Shown here piece by piece: positions 23,822 to 37,175 of a stretch of 64,000 nt of DNA. Below the pieces are notes generated by a model, which did no database searches, was not told the DNA's origin, and saw only the letters and a program-made list of their open reading frames with translations. The first letter of the stretch is position 1. Each line of letters starts with the position of its first letter. Position numbers and translations under genes: made by a program. Source of the stretch: Squalus acanthias (taxonomy: Eukaryota); assembly GCA_030390025.1 (NCBI GenBank), contig CM059432.1:64792001-64856000 (forward strand). The letters are read 5' to 3'.

Positions 23822-25418
23822 AGAACATAAGAACATAAGAAAAAGGAGCAGGAGTAGGCCATTCGGCCCCTCGAGCCTGCTCCACCATTCAATTAGATCA
23901 TGACTGATCTGATCTTGGCCTCAACTTCACTATCCCGCTTGCTCCCCATAACCCTCGACTCCCCTGTTTTTCAATCTGTCTATCTCCACCTTGAATATAT
24001 TCAATGACTCCACCACCACAGCTCTCTGGGGTAGAGAATTCCAAAGATTCACGACCCTCTGAGAGAAGAAATTCCTCCTCATCTCCGTTTTAAATGGGTG
24101 CCCCCTTATTTTGAAACTATGCCCCCTAGTTCTAGATTCCCCACGAGGGGAAAAATCCTCCCTGCATATAACCTGTCAAGCCCCCTCAGAATCTTATATG
24201 TTTCAATAAGATCACCTCTCATTCTTCTAAACTCCAATGAGTATAGGCCCAACCTGCTCAACCTTTCTTCATAAGACACCCCCTTCATCTCCGGAATCAA
24301 CCTAGTGAACCTTCTCTGAACTGCCTCCAATGCAAGTATATCCCTCCTTAAATAAGGAGACCAAAACTGCACGCAGTACTCCAGATAGAAGCATAGAAGA
24401 TAGGAGCAGGAGTAGGCCATTCGGCCCCTCGAGCCTGCTCCGTCATTTAATGAGATCATGGCTGATCATCCAAATTCAGTACCCTGTCCCTGCTTTCTGC
24501 CCATATCCCTTGATCCCTTTAGCCTTAAGAAATATATCTATCTCCTTCTTGAATATATTTAATGAATTGGCCTCAACTGCCTTCTGTGGTAGAGAATTCC
24601 ACAGGTTCACCACTCTCTGGGTGAAGAAATTCCTCCTCATCTCAGTCCTAAATGGCTTACCCCTTATCCTTAGACTGTGACCTCTGGTTCTGGACTCCCC
24701 CGCCATCGGGAACATCCTTCCTGCATCTAGTCTGTCTAGTCCTGTTAGAATTTTATACGTTTCAATGAGATCCCCTCTCATTCTTCTAAACTCTAGTGAA
24801 TATAAGCCTAATCGACCCAATCTCTCTTCATACGTCATTCCTGCCATCCCAGGTATCAATCTGGTAAATCTTCGCTGCACTCCCTCCATGGCAAGAACAT
24901 CCTTCCTCAGATAAGGCGACCAAAACTGCACACAATACTCAAGGTATGGTCTCAACAAAGCTTAGTACAACTGCAGCAAGACCTCCTTGCTCCTGTACTC
25001 GAATCCTCTCGCTATGAAGGCCAACATACCATTTGCTTTCTTAACCGCCTGCTGCACCTGCATGCTTACCTTCAGTGACTGGTGCACAAGGACTCCCAGA
25101 TCTCGTTGCACTTCCCCTTTTCCCAATCTATTGGTCTCACCAGCACCCTGTACAGTTGTAGCAAGAGTTCCCTATTTTTATACTCCATCCCCCTTGCAAT
25201 AAAGGCAAACATTCCATTTGCCTTCCTAATTACTTGCTGTACCTACATGCTAACTTTTTGTGTTTCATGTATGAGGACCCCCAGATCCCTCTGTACCGCA
25301 GCATTCTGTAGTCTCTCTCCATTTAAATAATAATTTGCTTTTTTATTCTTCCTACCAAAGTGGATAACCTCACATTTTCCCACATTATACTCCATCTGCC
25401 AAATTTTTGCCCACTCAG
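23822..25418 (-). mobile_element. Two nested CR1 fragments (young copy 24386-25130 inside another copy)
   Basis: ORFs 24106..24459 and 24476..24958; the outer copy resumes at ggtctcacc (about 25133). Confidence 0.9.
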
Positions 25419-25836
25419 TCTATTCGAGTCAGGCTTTTCACAATGTCCGAATAACCAGTGTTAATTATAATTAAAAAGTCAACACAAAAAAAACTCAACC
25501 AGGATGCCTGGGCTAACAAAATGGCCTGCATTTTCCCGCGAGGGAGATATCTAATGGGCAGACATCATAAATATCTGTTGTGTTTTGAGGAACATGTATG
25601 AATGCCTTACTGTGCAACAGCAGCTAGCAGTGGAATCTTAAGACAATGCTTTTCGCCCAGTGTCTGAGGAGTAGGCAAGAAGCTGTCAAAAGATTGTGCT
25701 GATCACTCCAGGGGCAAGCCTGTGTACTGAGCCCACAGTGGCCTGAGCCCAAATATAACCCACCTTCCGACCCCACATCAATATAATTAGCATTGTGACA
25801 CGCCTCGCAGAGTCAGCCGGGCATTACAAAGTCTTC

Positions 25837-26663
25837 GGGCTGGATTTTCAATGACCCGTGGAGTCGGGTTTGGAGGCGGGGGGGTCGGGGGGGGGGGTTA
25901 AAGTTGCAGATTTGGGGGTCCCGACCCCATCCCGACTCCAACCCGCCTCCATGCCAGTTTCTCTGGCGGCGGGTACCCGACCTGTTCTGAGACCCGACTC
26001 CCCGAGGCGGGAAGGGATTAGTGACAATTAACTGCCTGTTAACAGGTAGTTAACAGGCAATTTTTTGCATAATCCCTATTTTAAAAAGAAAAGTGTTGGC
26101 TTCCCGACGGGTGGCAACCACTCCAAGTTATCGGGGCGGGCCGTGGGTCTGCAGGGGTTGGAGGGGTCAATATGTCCGGTGGGCAGGTGAGTGTGTAAGG
26201 TAAGTGCTAAGTGATGAAAAAAGTTTTACTTACCTTAACCTCCTCCTGCAGGTGTCAGCCCTTCAGTTCTCGGGAGTTAGAAATCTTACCGGCACAGAAA
26301 GCAGGAAAGCCGTGGTTCTGTCAAAACCTGCAGCCTTCTGTTTTCTGTGCTGGAATGATTTCTAACTCAGCCTGAAAGGAAGGACTGAAGTTAGAAATCA
26401 TATTGTGAGTGTTTGACAGCTTCACAGAGCTGTCAAACGCTGATATTTCATCTGTCAAAAGCTCTTGACAGATGAAATGTCAGTCTGTGACGTCACCTGT
26501 TGCCGGGTGGCCCTTAATTGGCCTGCTGAGCCCACTGGGCGGGCTCAACAAGGTCAATCAAGGGAAAATACAGTGGGTTGGCCACATCTCGATGGAGGCG
26601 GGTTCACAAGCCAGAATGTGTGATTCCCGACCCCAACCCGACTCCAACTTCAAAAGCCAGCCC
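25837..26663. mobile_element. Harbinger-type MITE with 3-bp TTC TSD
   Basis: TIR gggctggatttt / aaaagccagccc; ttc on both flanks; one end shared with 32408-33177. Confidence 0.8.
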
Positions 26664-28275
26664 TTCATTTTTGTTTAGAATACACTAATTTCACACTTAC
26701 CTGATACTGAAAAATTACCCGCCCGAAACTCAAGAGAAGTACCCAAACATAGCAACGTGGTGATAACGGGTCGGATTTTTAAAAGCATTTTGTAAAGCAT
26801 TTTCGGATGCAGTGTATAGTTTTTGTAAAGAGTTGTGACTTGTTAGAGATTAAATAAAGCCACTAATATAGTTTATAAACCAACTGTCAATCTATATTGC
26901 TTGAGGTTTGAAAAAAATAGCAACTCATGATTTCTTACCAAATCTCATAATTTTTAAGAGTTTGTCTCATGATTTATGAGACGCTGGGGTTGGCATTACT
27001 GGATAAGGCAAAGCATCCCTGCTCCTCCTTGCCCCACATGAATCCTCCAAAAAGCTTACCTTTTGGGAGAGGCCTTCAACAGTCCCTTTGAGGGACCTCT
27101 CAATGCCTGGAGAAAGTGGGACTATCATTTGTCGCACATGCATTGCAATTGGAGTCCTATAACTGGGAAAGGGCTCTGATTTGCATATTGAAACTGCTTC
27201 CGGTCTGTTTTGGGCAGGAGTGCTGGGCACCAATTAAAGACCTGTCTGAAAGTTGATTCAGGTGGGCAAATGGGTGCAAAAGGTCCCCACCAAATTTTCA
27301 ACTGCCGGGCATCGGTTTTTCAGGCAGTTGAAAGTCTTAAAACAGATTACTTATTAGTAATTAGGTGTTTTATTTCATTATATAATGGCTGAAATTAGTA
27401 CACTGATTTCCATAGCGACAGGTTCCAGAGTGCAGTAATTCTCCAGTGAGATGAAAAGCCAATATCAAGTGTTTCAACATGTTTTATCTGGCTACATGTT
27501 ATGTCTCCAAATAACAGCAAAGATGGATTGTACAGAATCCTTTTGAAACAAATTGGGCTAAAAATTGGATAGGACGTGAAAAAGGGTGCAGGGATCGTGA
27601 TGCGAGATCAGCCTACGCCCGTTGAAAGGAATACAGGCAGAGTGTGATCTTCATGCTGCCTGCTAATTAATATGAGTTCCCAGCAGGGGGCCCAAGTTCG
27701 TGCAAGGCTAGCTCCAATTAAAACTAGTCTCCACTTCTTAAAGGCAATGTCAACCTCTTAAAGGGGAGGTGTATTCTGCCTGCAGCAGCTGCTGGAAAAG
27801 GTTGTGGAGGCAAATGTGACTGAATAATGGCTTAACAGGCCAGAGAAAGGACTCCAAGGACAAAGGCAGTAGGAGCAGATAACCGCCACTGTCAATGCCA
27901 GCAGTGTTGCCCCGAGGACATGGATGCAGTGCCAAAAGAAGTTCAATGACCTCACACAAGTGGTCAAGGTCAGTGAATGCATCTTTAAATGCCGTCTCCC
28001 ACAACTGCACCACTAGCCTCACACACTGCTCAATGCACCACACAAAAGAACGTAAGAAATAGGAGCCGGAGTAGGCCATTTGGCTCTTCGAGCATACAAC
28101 AAGATCACACCCCCATCACTCACCTACCAACAATCTCTAGCAATCACGATTCAAACCTTACATTCATAGCTTCACCTCACCCTCACACATTTACCACTGC
28201 TGTAAGCTTCACACCCACATCTCACACCTTGCACACACTGCCAGTTATTCAATCATGACAGGCACATCACCCTAA

Positions 28276-29355
28276 CACATTGCACCACACTCACTCACAC
28301 ACACATCACCCAATCACATTGCACCACACTCACTCACACACACATCACCCAATCACATTGCACCACACTCCCTCACACACACATCACCCAATCACATTGC
28401 ACCACACTCACTCACACACACATCACCCAATCACATTGCACCACACTCACTCACACACACATCACCCAATCACATTGCACCACACTCACTCACACACACA
28501 TCACCCAAACACATTGGTGCAGAAATTCCGACCCCTACGGGCGTGTACGCGCTGTGTACTCACCCGTAGGGACATCGGAAATGCCAGTTTCAGGCATGCA
28601 CTGTGCATGCGCTGGAAACCGGCATTTCAGATCGGTCAAGAAAGCGCTCGACAGATCCTCCGGCTGCCCGGGAGAAGGGCCTTTGCGGGCGGAGAGTTCC
28701 GCTTTTTGGAGACCCTCTGCCCGCAGAAAACACGTACAATTCTTGCGCCTGGTAAAAGCAGGATAAGAGTTGAGAAAAGTTTTAAAAAAAATTTCCACTG
28801 ATTTATATTTATCATTTAAAAATACTTTAAAGAAAGGTAAGTTTATTTTTAGCCCCGTTAAAAATTTTAATTATTTTTTTCAAAAAATAAAATTTTTGTT
28901 TAAAATACTTAATTTATTGTAATTTAAAGTCATTTTAAAAATGTGATTTAAAATTTTTTTTTTAAAGTTTTACTATGTTTTGGGGGTGATCGCTATTCAT
29001 ATATTTGACATGTCTTCCTGTCAAATGTATGAAGGGAGATTCCCTTCTCTGATTGGCTCCCCATGGCCCACGTGATCCCAGGGACGCTGCGAACCGCCTG
29101 CGTCTATGGGATACGTGGGCCCTGCGCACCAGCAGTTTGGAGAGGCCCAGCAGCGGAACTCTGCACCTCCCGGGAGCCCTCCGGTCTTGGCGCAGATTTT
29201 TCCAGATCGCAGCCCTCCGCCCACGGGAGGCCTGCGATCGGAATTTCTGGGCCATTTGCACCACACTCACTCAGAAACACACATCACCCAATCACATTGC
29301 ACCACACTCACTCACACACACATCACCCAATCACATTGCACCACACTCACTCACG
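28276..29355 (+). repeat. 39-bp minisatellite (cacattgcaccacactcactcacacacacatcacccaat), about 6 + 2.5 copies, split by a MITE
   Basis: Read directly; lies in intron 1 of the Myb/SANT gene. Confidence 0.95.
28516..29253 (+). mobile_element. ATT-TSD MITE (about 740-760 bp family), divergent copy 1
   Basis: att|ggtgcagaaattccg...cggaatttctgggcc|att; AT-rich core shared with three other copies. Confidence 0.88.
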
Positions 29356-30929
29356 CACTTCCCTCTCTCTTGCAGGGCAAGATGGCTCATAACCGCAGGC
29401 AGCAGCAGCTAACCGGCGGGGGATAGGCAAGCCTGCATATCCTTAACCAGGTCGAGGAGACGGGGCTCGACATTATTGGAGGAGCCGTCACTGAAGTTGT
29501 GGTGAGCGGTGAGGCTGAAACCATTGAAGATGACGGTATGCTCATACCTAATCCTCCTTCTTACATCCCACTTCCCCCTCGTTCCACAATCTCTTCTCAC
29601 TAACAAGCTGCTGATGGTGTACGCATGCACATCTTGTTTTCTTCCCACACAACAACCCTACCCTTGTGCCTTTCTCCTTTCAGATACCCAGGAACTCCAA
29701 ACTGACCAGCTAATGCAGTAAGAGCAAGAGGAGAGTGATGGAGAAGAAAAGGCACCATCACTCGAATTCACACGCGCAGGCACCAGCTCAGGTACTGGCA
29801 CTGCATGTAATTTAGAGGCTAGTTTAGAGGCATGATCTGCACATGATGAGTCACCAGGCATGAGTGGGCTATAGCCAGGACAGGGGAAAAGGGTAACGCA
29901 GGTGCCAGCTCCCCGGAGGACGAGGTCGCACATGTGTTCTGCTACAGAGGACTCAGATGACAACTTTGATGGAGCGGCCTACAGAAGAAGGGTGACGGGC
30001 ATGCACACAAAAAGTATTGGTGCATTGGCAGGCCTGCCAGTGAGCCTGTTGTCACTGTCAAGGATCATGGAGGTGTCCGACACCAACCTTGCACAGGACT
30101 TCGCACAGAGCTTGGAACCCAGGATTTCCAGGATGGAAGTGATGGGCAACTCCATTAGAGCACTTGTGGACCCAACTATTATGCAGAGTCTGATGGTCGA
30201 TGTCTCAGCTTGGCTTGCAGCACAAGCGGAAGCGACCCAACATCTGAGTGCTGCAGTGGAAGCTCAGCCTTCTGTCATGCAAGCTCAGACTGCTCTCATG
30301 CAGATGCAGTTTGCTGCCATGCAAGCACAGATTGCTGCCTTCATGGCTGCATTTACCAGTGTTGAAAGGGGCTTGCAGGGTATCACAGCAGTCCAGCAAT
30401 CTGTCCTCCAAAAGCTTATGCGAATTGCTGACGCGCCACCCCGGGGGAGTGGCAGTGGCTCCATGGAGCACAAACCTGCTGTCCTCCCACCACTGCCACT
30501 CCGCCAGTGCCCTTGATGCTGCATGCCAGCCAGCCAGCCCAGACTGATGCCGGCCATGACAAGGTGGTGCAGTCCGCAGCCAGGCCTTCTAGGTCCAGAG
30601 CTGCTCGAGGTCGTCCTGCAAGACCATCTGCAGTCTCCCCCACTGAAAGTCAGCTACCTTCCACCAGCCGTGCTGCAACCGCTGGGGTAACACTTCGTAG
30701 GAGCACGAGGACAGGCAAAGGCACATGGAAGACAGACACTAAGGGAATGCACAAGGGTGATTGGTTGACTTTGCTTTGTAATATTGGATTGATTGATTTA
30801 TAAATTTGCTTTGGAATATTTGTTTTGTGGTGGCTTTCATTTCAACATTGTGGCCAAGAGGACATTGTGATGTTCCATGACAAAGGGATGGTAAGGTGGG
30901 GAAGTGTTGAGCAACGGGGATCTGGGATT

Positions 30930-32050
30930 TCATTCAGGGGAACCGGACTCTGATGATGCGCTCATGGACGGTCCGTCTGAAACGTGGATATGCAGGCTGC
31001 CTCCTCCCTTCCTCCTTCTCCTCCTCCTCCTCCTGAGGCGGTCGCAGAACCTGTGATGGCAAGGGCTATGCCCTCATGATGGCCAAGCTGTGGGGGAGGC
31101 AGCAGACCACCACGAATTGGGACACCCGCTCCAGTGATTACTGGAGGGCTCCTCCCAACCGGTCAAGGCAGCTGAACTGTTAATTCAGCACCCCAAAGAT
31201 CTGCTCGATTACTTTCCACATGGCATCATGGCTGTCTTTATATGAGTGCTGGCCATGCGTGGTGAGGTTGCGGAGGCAGGGGGGTCATCAGCCAGGTGTA
31301 GAGCGGATAGCCCTTGTCACTGAGCAGCCACCCTTGGGTTTGACGTGGTGGCTGGAAGATTGCTGGCACAGCGGACTGGCGCAGGATGAACGCATTATGA
31401 TTGTTGCCAGGATAGCGGGCATTTACCAGCATGATGTATTGGGCATGGTCGCACATCAACTGTACATTAAGTGAGTGGTAATCTTTGCAGTTATGGAACA
31501 TCTCACCATTGAAATGCGGCATCCACAAAGCCACTTGTGTGCAGTCGATGGCACCCTGCACCATGGGGAAGCCCGCTCTCCTGGCAAAGCCACTTGCACG
31601 CTCCTCCTGCTTCTCTCTGTTTAGAGAGAAGACAATGAAGTCCTTTCTCCTAGCATACAGACCCTCTGTGACCGCCTGGATGCAGTGCTGGACGACGAAC
31701 TGCAAAATGTTTGCTATGTTGCCTGTTCCAGCCTGGAAGGATCCACTGGTGAAAATATTCAGGGCCACAGCCACCTTGAGGGCCACTGGCAGTACCGTCA
31801 TCGCCCTGCTCTGAGGCTGCAGGTCTGGTTCCAAGTTCTGTGACCCCTCCTTGGCGAAGCGGAGCTGACAAACACACTGCTCCTGGCTTAGGTGCAGGTA
31901 GGAGAAGTGCTCCCTGAAGACCCCAGGTTGGTAAGGCCTCCCACTGAGAGCCCTCCTCCTCCCTTTGTGAGCAACTTGTCTTTTTTGCTGCCTCTGCTTC
32001 ATCTCCCTGTCATGCTGCAGCACAAGGGGGACTACAACTAGACCCTCCAT
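30930..32050 (-). pseudogene. Harbinger (HARBI1-like, DDE_Tnp_4) transposase, frameshifted
   Basis: GFPMVQGAIDCTQVAL, YHSLNVQLMCD, ARYPGNNHNAFIL, GWLLSDKGYPL, then IEQIFGVL*..FSCLD in another frame. Confidence 0.92.
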
Positions 32051-32407
32051 GACTGGGAGTCAGTGGTGTACTCAAAGGCCTTCCAGCAACAGCCAATGCC
32101 TTCCCAATGTATAGCAGTACTCCCTGCACACTTTACCAACTTTTCAAATCTCTTCCAGCAACTCAGTACTCCTACAAACTGTGCAAGAGCCAGTACATAG
32201 CAATAAGCAACTTACCGGCAAGTTGGATTTAAGTAGCACTGGTGGCGGGCTCCCTTGTGCAGCTGAACACATGTTCAGCTGTGCATGTTTAGGAGAGGGC
32301 GTTGAATGGAGCAGCGAGGTTGAAAATGGCAGGTCGTGCGTCGAATCAGCGATACACGCTGACTGATGTCACGATCTGCCTACTCTGCATACTGCCGGCG
32401 CATGCAC

Positions 32408-33177
32408 GGGCTGGATTTTGTCTTGGGGTCGGGTTGGGGTCGTGTCATCCGCATTTTGTGTTCCCCCCCGACTCCAGATTAATGTGGATGAATGATGGAA
32501 TTTTCACTTAATTGGGCAATTGAGTTCCAGCATGTGGGAACCCATGAACCAATTAGTGGTTTCAGTGGGAAAGTCGCCTCTGATGATGTCATCATTGCTG
32601 CTGCATTGCAGGTCAGAGACTGCCTGCTTGTTGGTGAGAGAGGACCTGCTGGCTTTTGCTGTGAGTGGACCTGGATGCAAAATGAGAGAGAGAGAGAGAG
32701 AAAGATTTTTTTCCCCATCCAGGGCCTCTCACAGCAAAGCCAGATAGTCTCTCAAGACACTGCCGCAGCAGAGGCGACTTTCACACCTAATACTACTACC
32801 CATCACAATACTACTGCTATCTTCATCACATCTCCATTGTAATAGTGGACCTGCAGCTGATAGTCAGCTATCCACTTGTGCTCCCGCCAGGTTTCACTGG
32901 AGTGTTTCACATCAGGCGTACTTCACGTCGGAAAAGGGTTAAACTAGCTAAAACGTTTCAAAATGGCATTACAGAGCCAATTTAGGGCTTGTTAAGGGCT
33001 TTAATGGCCTCTCCCGCCTCTTGGAGGCGGGACGGAGTCGGGAACTCCATGACCGATTTTGTCAAAATTGTGTGGAGGCGGGATGGAGTCGTGATGGGGT
33101 CGGGACCCCCGACCCCGCAACTTTAACCCCCCACACGCCTCCAAACCCGACTCCACAGGTCATTGAAAATCCAGCCC
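32408..33177. mobile_element. MITE nested in the Harbinger right arm
   Basis: TIR gggctggatttt / aaaatccagccc. Confidence 0.78.
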
Positions 33178-33284
33178 GTACTGTCTGCACTATCGCCCTT
33201 ATCAGCGCGGGTCTTGCTGGAAGTGGGCGGAAGCGAGGCGGGCACCATTTTTTCTTCAAAACCAGCCAAAACTAAAACAAATAA

Positions 33285-33690
33285 AAATACTTGCATTTAT
33301 ATAGCGTATTTCACGACCACTGGACGTCCCAAAGCGCTGTACAACCAATGAAGTACTTTTTGAACTGTAGTCACTGTTGTAATGTAGGAAACGCGGCAGC
33401 CAATTTGCACACAGCAAGCTCCCACAAACAGCAATGTTACAGTGATCAAAAATCTGTTTGGTGATGTTGATTGAGGGATAAATATTGGCCAGGATACCAG
33501 GGATAACTCCCCCGCTCTTCTTCAAAATAGTGCCATGGGATATTTTAAGTCCAACTGAGAGAGCCTGGTTTAACGTCTCATCTGAAAGACGTCACCTCTG
33601 ACAGTGTAGCACTCCCTCAGTACTGCACTGAAGTGTCAGCCTAGATTTTTGTGCTTAAGTCTCTGGAGTGGGACTTGAACCCACAAACTA
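33285..33690 (-). mobile_element. Deu-domain SINE (SacSINE1/AmnSINE-like) with L2-type tail
   Basis: Reverse complement has a B-box-like ggttcaagtcc, a Deu-like core (cagtactgagggagtgct...cccatggcactatt) and a tataaatgcaagt tail; another tail fragment at about 58700-58787. Confidence 0.75.
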
Positions 33691-33888
33691 CAGGCGCTAT
33701 GCTGCTGAATTTTGCGGACATTCCGTCTTAGAGCATAAAAACTTGAAATAACAATATCAAATTTCTGATCGTGTGTAGGCAAATGCATGTAGGCAAATGC
33801 TTTGTCAATGCTCAGAAGGACCAATGAAAAACGCTACTGACAGTTTCAGCTGCCCTTGTCAGAACTGTTGATAAAAAAGGAACACAAT

Positions 33889-35661
33889 AGCCGGGATTTT
33901 ACTCACCTGGGCGGGTCCAGGGCGGGCGAGGTCGCTGGCGGGTGGCGGCGCCGCTGCTGGCTGCATCCCGCTGTCTAAAATGAATTTACCTCAATGGGGC
34001 TTGTTAAGCCCACCCAGCACGTCTCCCAGCCCAGTTAGAGGAAGCGGGTCTGGTCACATCATTCATGACGCGTCATCAGCCAGTTTCCTTAAAGGAACCA
34101 TGGCCAACTTTCTTTTGACGGTTGTGCTGTCAGTGTTCCACAACATTGAGGTGCTGCAAACACTGACAATGACTGCACAGAGGCAGAGGGCTGCACCCAG
34201 GTTCTCCCATGACTCCCTCCATATGCTTATGGAGGGAGTCACAGCACGCAGGGAGGGAGTCACAGCACGCAGGGAGGTTCTCTTCCCTTCCGACGGGCGG
34301 AATACACCTCCCCAGGAGACCAAAACTTCCTGGTTGCATATTGCACCGGAGGGCACAAGCAGGGATGTAGTCGGGAGGACCTGGCTGCAGTGGCACAAAC
34401 CTTTGAATGATCTCAGTAGATCACGAAACGTTAATACAAAGCCACACTCAACCTCATCCTCCTGTGCCTCTCATCACATCCCCATCACTCTGCCTTCCCT
34501 ACCCTACTCCTGCACATCCTTACTCACACCAACTTACCTTACACCTCCACCCATCCCTCTCTATCTACATTATCACATCCCCATCTCACTAGCCACCCCT
34601 CACACTCACCCTCATCCTAGTGCAATCATACCAACTAACAACACACAAAGGTAGCTACTTGGGTGTTTTATGCAATGTTTATGTTAAGTTTCTATTAATG
34701 TGCTGTCAAACATTGAAATCTTTATTTTCAACACTTTCCAGTCTTGGACAGATTTGTGTGCACCTTTGGAAGTGGCTTAGTGGATTGCAGTGAATGGTGA
34801 GACATAACGGTACCCCCCGCAATGGTGATGAGTGTGAAAGGAATGGCTTGGTCATTGTAGGGATGCTTTATGGTGTTGGTGTGTAGTGGTGCCAAACGTG
34901 GCGCATTATGTGGCAGCCAAGGTGTACAGCGTAAAGTTAAGTAAATCTGGCCATGAGGAGGCCAACCCTGGCCTCCCGGGCAGCAATGTGCTCGGGTGCT
35001 GATGCCCTGTGTCCTGTGCAGCATCAGGTGATTACAGAGAAGGTTGGTGTTGTTGGTGCTGCTGGTGTGCCTGGTGATGCTGGTGTTGGGGCTCATCGTG
35101 CTCCAATTCTGAGGACCAAGGTGAGACAGTATAAATGGCACCCATGCTGATGGAATAGATGGCAGGTGAAGTAGAGATGACAGAAGCGATCTGTCAATAG
35201 TGAGAGAGGTAATGAGGTGAGACTGGATGGAGACTTGTGCAAAGACTTGCAGAATGCTGAATCTGTTGTGGAAATGCAGTGGCTGAGGAAAGTGATCTTT
35301 GTCAGGTGGAAGCTTTTACTGTACATTTGAAGCTGTCAATTAATTCGCTGGACCAATGGCCACTGAACTCCCGCCTCAGGTTGACAGAAGTGGTCACCGA
35401 ACAGCGTGGTTCACGTGGCCATGAAGTTAGAGTTAAAATTAAGGATAAAAGCCTGCCAAGGGTATGTTAAGTACATTATAATAGTTTATTTGGGTCATCC
35501 GCCGCTGCCTGTCGGGGCTGCTCAGCGCTGGCAGACCCGACATTGGGAAAGGCGTGTTGCGGCGGGTTGACAGTGGGTTCCTGACCCACTGTCAAAAAAA
35601 ATCACTTTACCACCCAACCCGCCACCGATCCTGCCCGCTGACACCCTGGAAAACTCCGGCC
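33889..35661 (+). mobile_element. Second copy of the Myb/SANT-bearing non-autonomous Harbinger
   Basis: ORF 33980..34654 paralogous to 5219..5788; ends agccgggatttt / aaaactccggcc. Confidence 0.82.
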
Positions 35662-35793
35662 AGTGAGACAACACCTTTCAGGCAATTGTTTAGTACCAAC
35701 CACCAGACTGACTACATATCTACTCTAGTGGGGTTTGCCACTTCATACAGTTACTGTACTTGTAACAGTTTTAAATTTGCACTCTTTAAACTA

Positions 35794-36137
35794 CAGGAAA
35801 CTCTAGTTTAAACGGCACCTAAATATCTGGAATTCTCTATTAACCGGCAAAATTCATACTCCGAAAACAACACCTCAATAACCGGAAATGTTGCCGAGTC
35901 CGAGTCCGAGTCTCCCGCGGTGGCCGAGTTAGTCCTTGGGGGTAGTTCTCCAAACCGCCACTACTCGGCTTCTTGGCGCCGTCGGAAGTTCAATTACTGT
36001 ATACTGCACATTTCTTGATTTTTTAATTTTTGTTTGTTAAAAATAGCCTCGGTAGATAACCCTCTCTGTCATCCAGAATTTTTAATCAACCGGCACCATC
36101 CCGGTCCTGTCGGTGCCGGATACCAAAGAGTTTCCTG
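35794..36137. mobile_element. Tc1/mariner (pogo/Tigger-like) MITE
   Basis: TA|CAGGAAACTCT...AGAGTTTCCTG|TA. Confidence 0.85.
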
Positions 36138-36349
36138 TATTAATCTCTCAGCCTACACCTGCTAAAATCAGCTAGACATATTCATGAATAACCAATGCAA
36201 CATTATACTGCATTTTTTATCAGTGCAGAATTGTGTTGATATGGTGTAAAAGCACAGATTAAAACTGATTCATGCATTTATCGTGACACTGCCTGAAAGT
36301 GGTCCTGCACCATTAATGATGTGCATCAGCTATAGTACAAAAGCAGCTG

Positions 36350-37175
36350 TTATGCACCACCTTCTCCTGCAAGAAAGCAGGAAGTGTGTCAGTGAGTGTC
36401 CTGCAATGAATTTGGGTGATGTGGCTGTCATGCTTGAATAGCTGCCAATGTGTGCAAGCTGTGAGTTGTGGGCGCTAGGCTTGCAACAGTGCTAAGTGTG
36501 TGAGTGTGAGGTAAAGCATATGAATGGTACGGTTGAGTCATGATTGATAGAGATTGTTGTTAGGTAAGTGATGGGGGTGTAGTGAATTGTGCAGTGGATG
36601 AGGCTCGTGGTGCAGGTGGCAGGATATGCTACTTGAAGATGAACTCACTCACTTTGACAACTCATGTGAGATCATTAAACCTCTTCCTGCACTGCATCCA
36701 TGTTCTTCGAGCTACACTCCTGGCATTGACCTCTGGCGCTACTTCTTCCCACTGTCACCTGAGTATGTGTCTGGAGGGACATTTCTCCTCATTTCCACCT
36801 CTTCCACCAAGGCCTTCAATGCATTATTGGAAAACCCTGGTGCACGCTCTCTCACATGTTCAGCCATTTTTCAATCTTTCACAACACAGTTTCAGTTCAC
36901 AAAGGACTTCCACCACTTCTTGCAGCCACAATGTACCTCCCTGTTAAGAGGTGTGTGCTGCCTTTAATTAGCACTAGCCACCCATGATATTAGGCCACCT
37001 GCTGATGCGTACAGCCAACGAACAGCATGGGTAGCGCTGGCAGCATGCAGTAATTATTCAAAACAGCAGGCAACACGAATTTAACATGCTGGCTGCAACG
37101 CAATGACCAGGCACGGGTTAATTGTGCAAAGTGATCCCCATGCCTTTTTTTGGGTCGTATCCAATTTAACCCCCT
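36350..37175 (-). mobile_element. Harbinger terminal remnant with a Myb/SANT exon
   Basis: Minus strand VNARSVARRTWMQCRKRFNDL; end tatccaatttaacccc resembles the reverse complement of the 27555 end. Confidence 0.72.

Larger units (their letters stand above)
27790..30770 (+). pseudogene. Harbinger Myb/SANT-like DNA-binding protein, three exons (..27968; 29376-29535; 29684-about 30770), disrupted
   Basis: VNASSVAPRTWMQCQKKFNDLTQVVK|gtcagt; ttgcag|GKMAHNRRQQQLTGGG; tttcag|; Ala/Gln-rich coiled-coil-like ORF 29902..30516; in-frame stops. Confidence 0.8.
27555..33255. mobile_element. Decayed autonomous-type PIF/Harbinger transposon with convergent Myb/SANT and transposase genes
   Basis: Left end att|gggctaaaaattggata; both genes recognisable; right end uncertain. 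Confidence 0.82.

Noticed and set aside
28280..28801. His/Thr-rich 173-aa ORF or CRISPR-like array
   Set aside because: It is the translation of a 39-bp tandem repeat running into a MITE; no unique spacers, no cas genes, vertebrate context
31238..32050. Host HARBI1 gene
   Set aside because: Frameshifted, has stops, and is paired with a Myb/SANT gene inside a transposon
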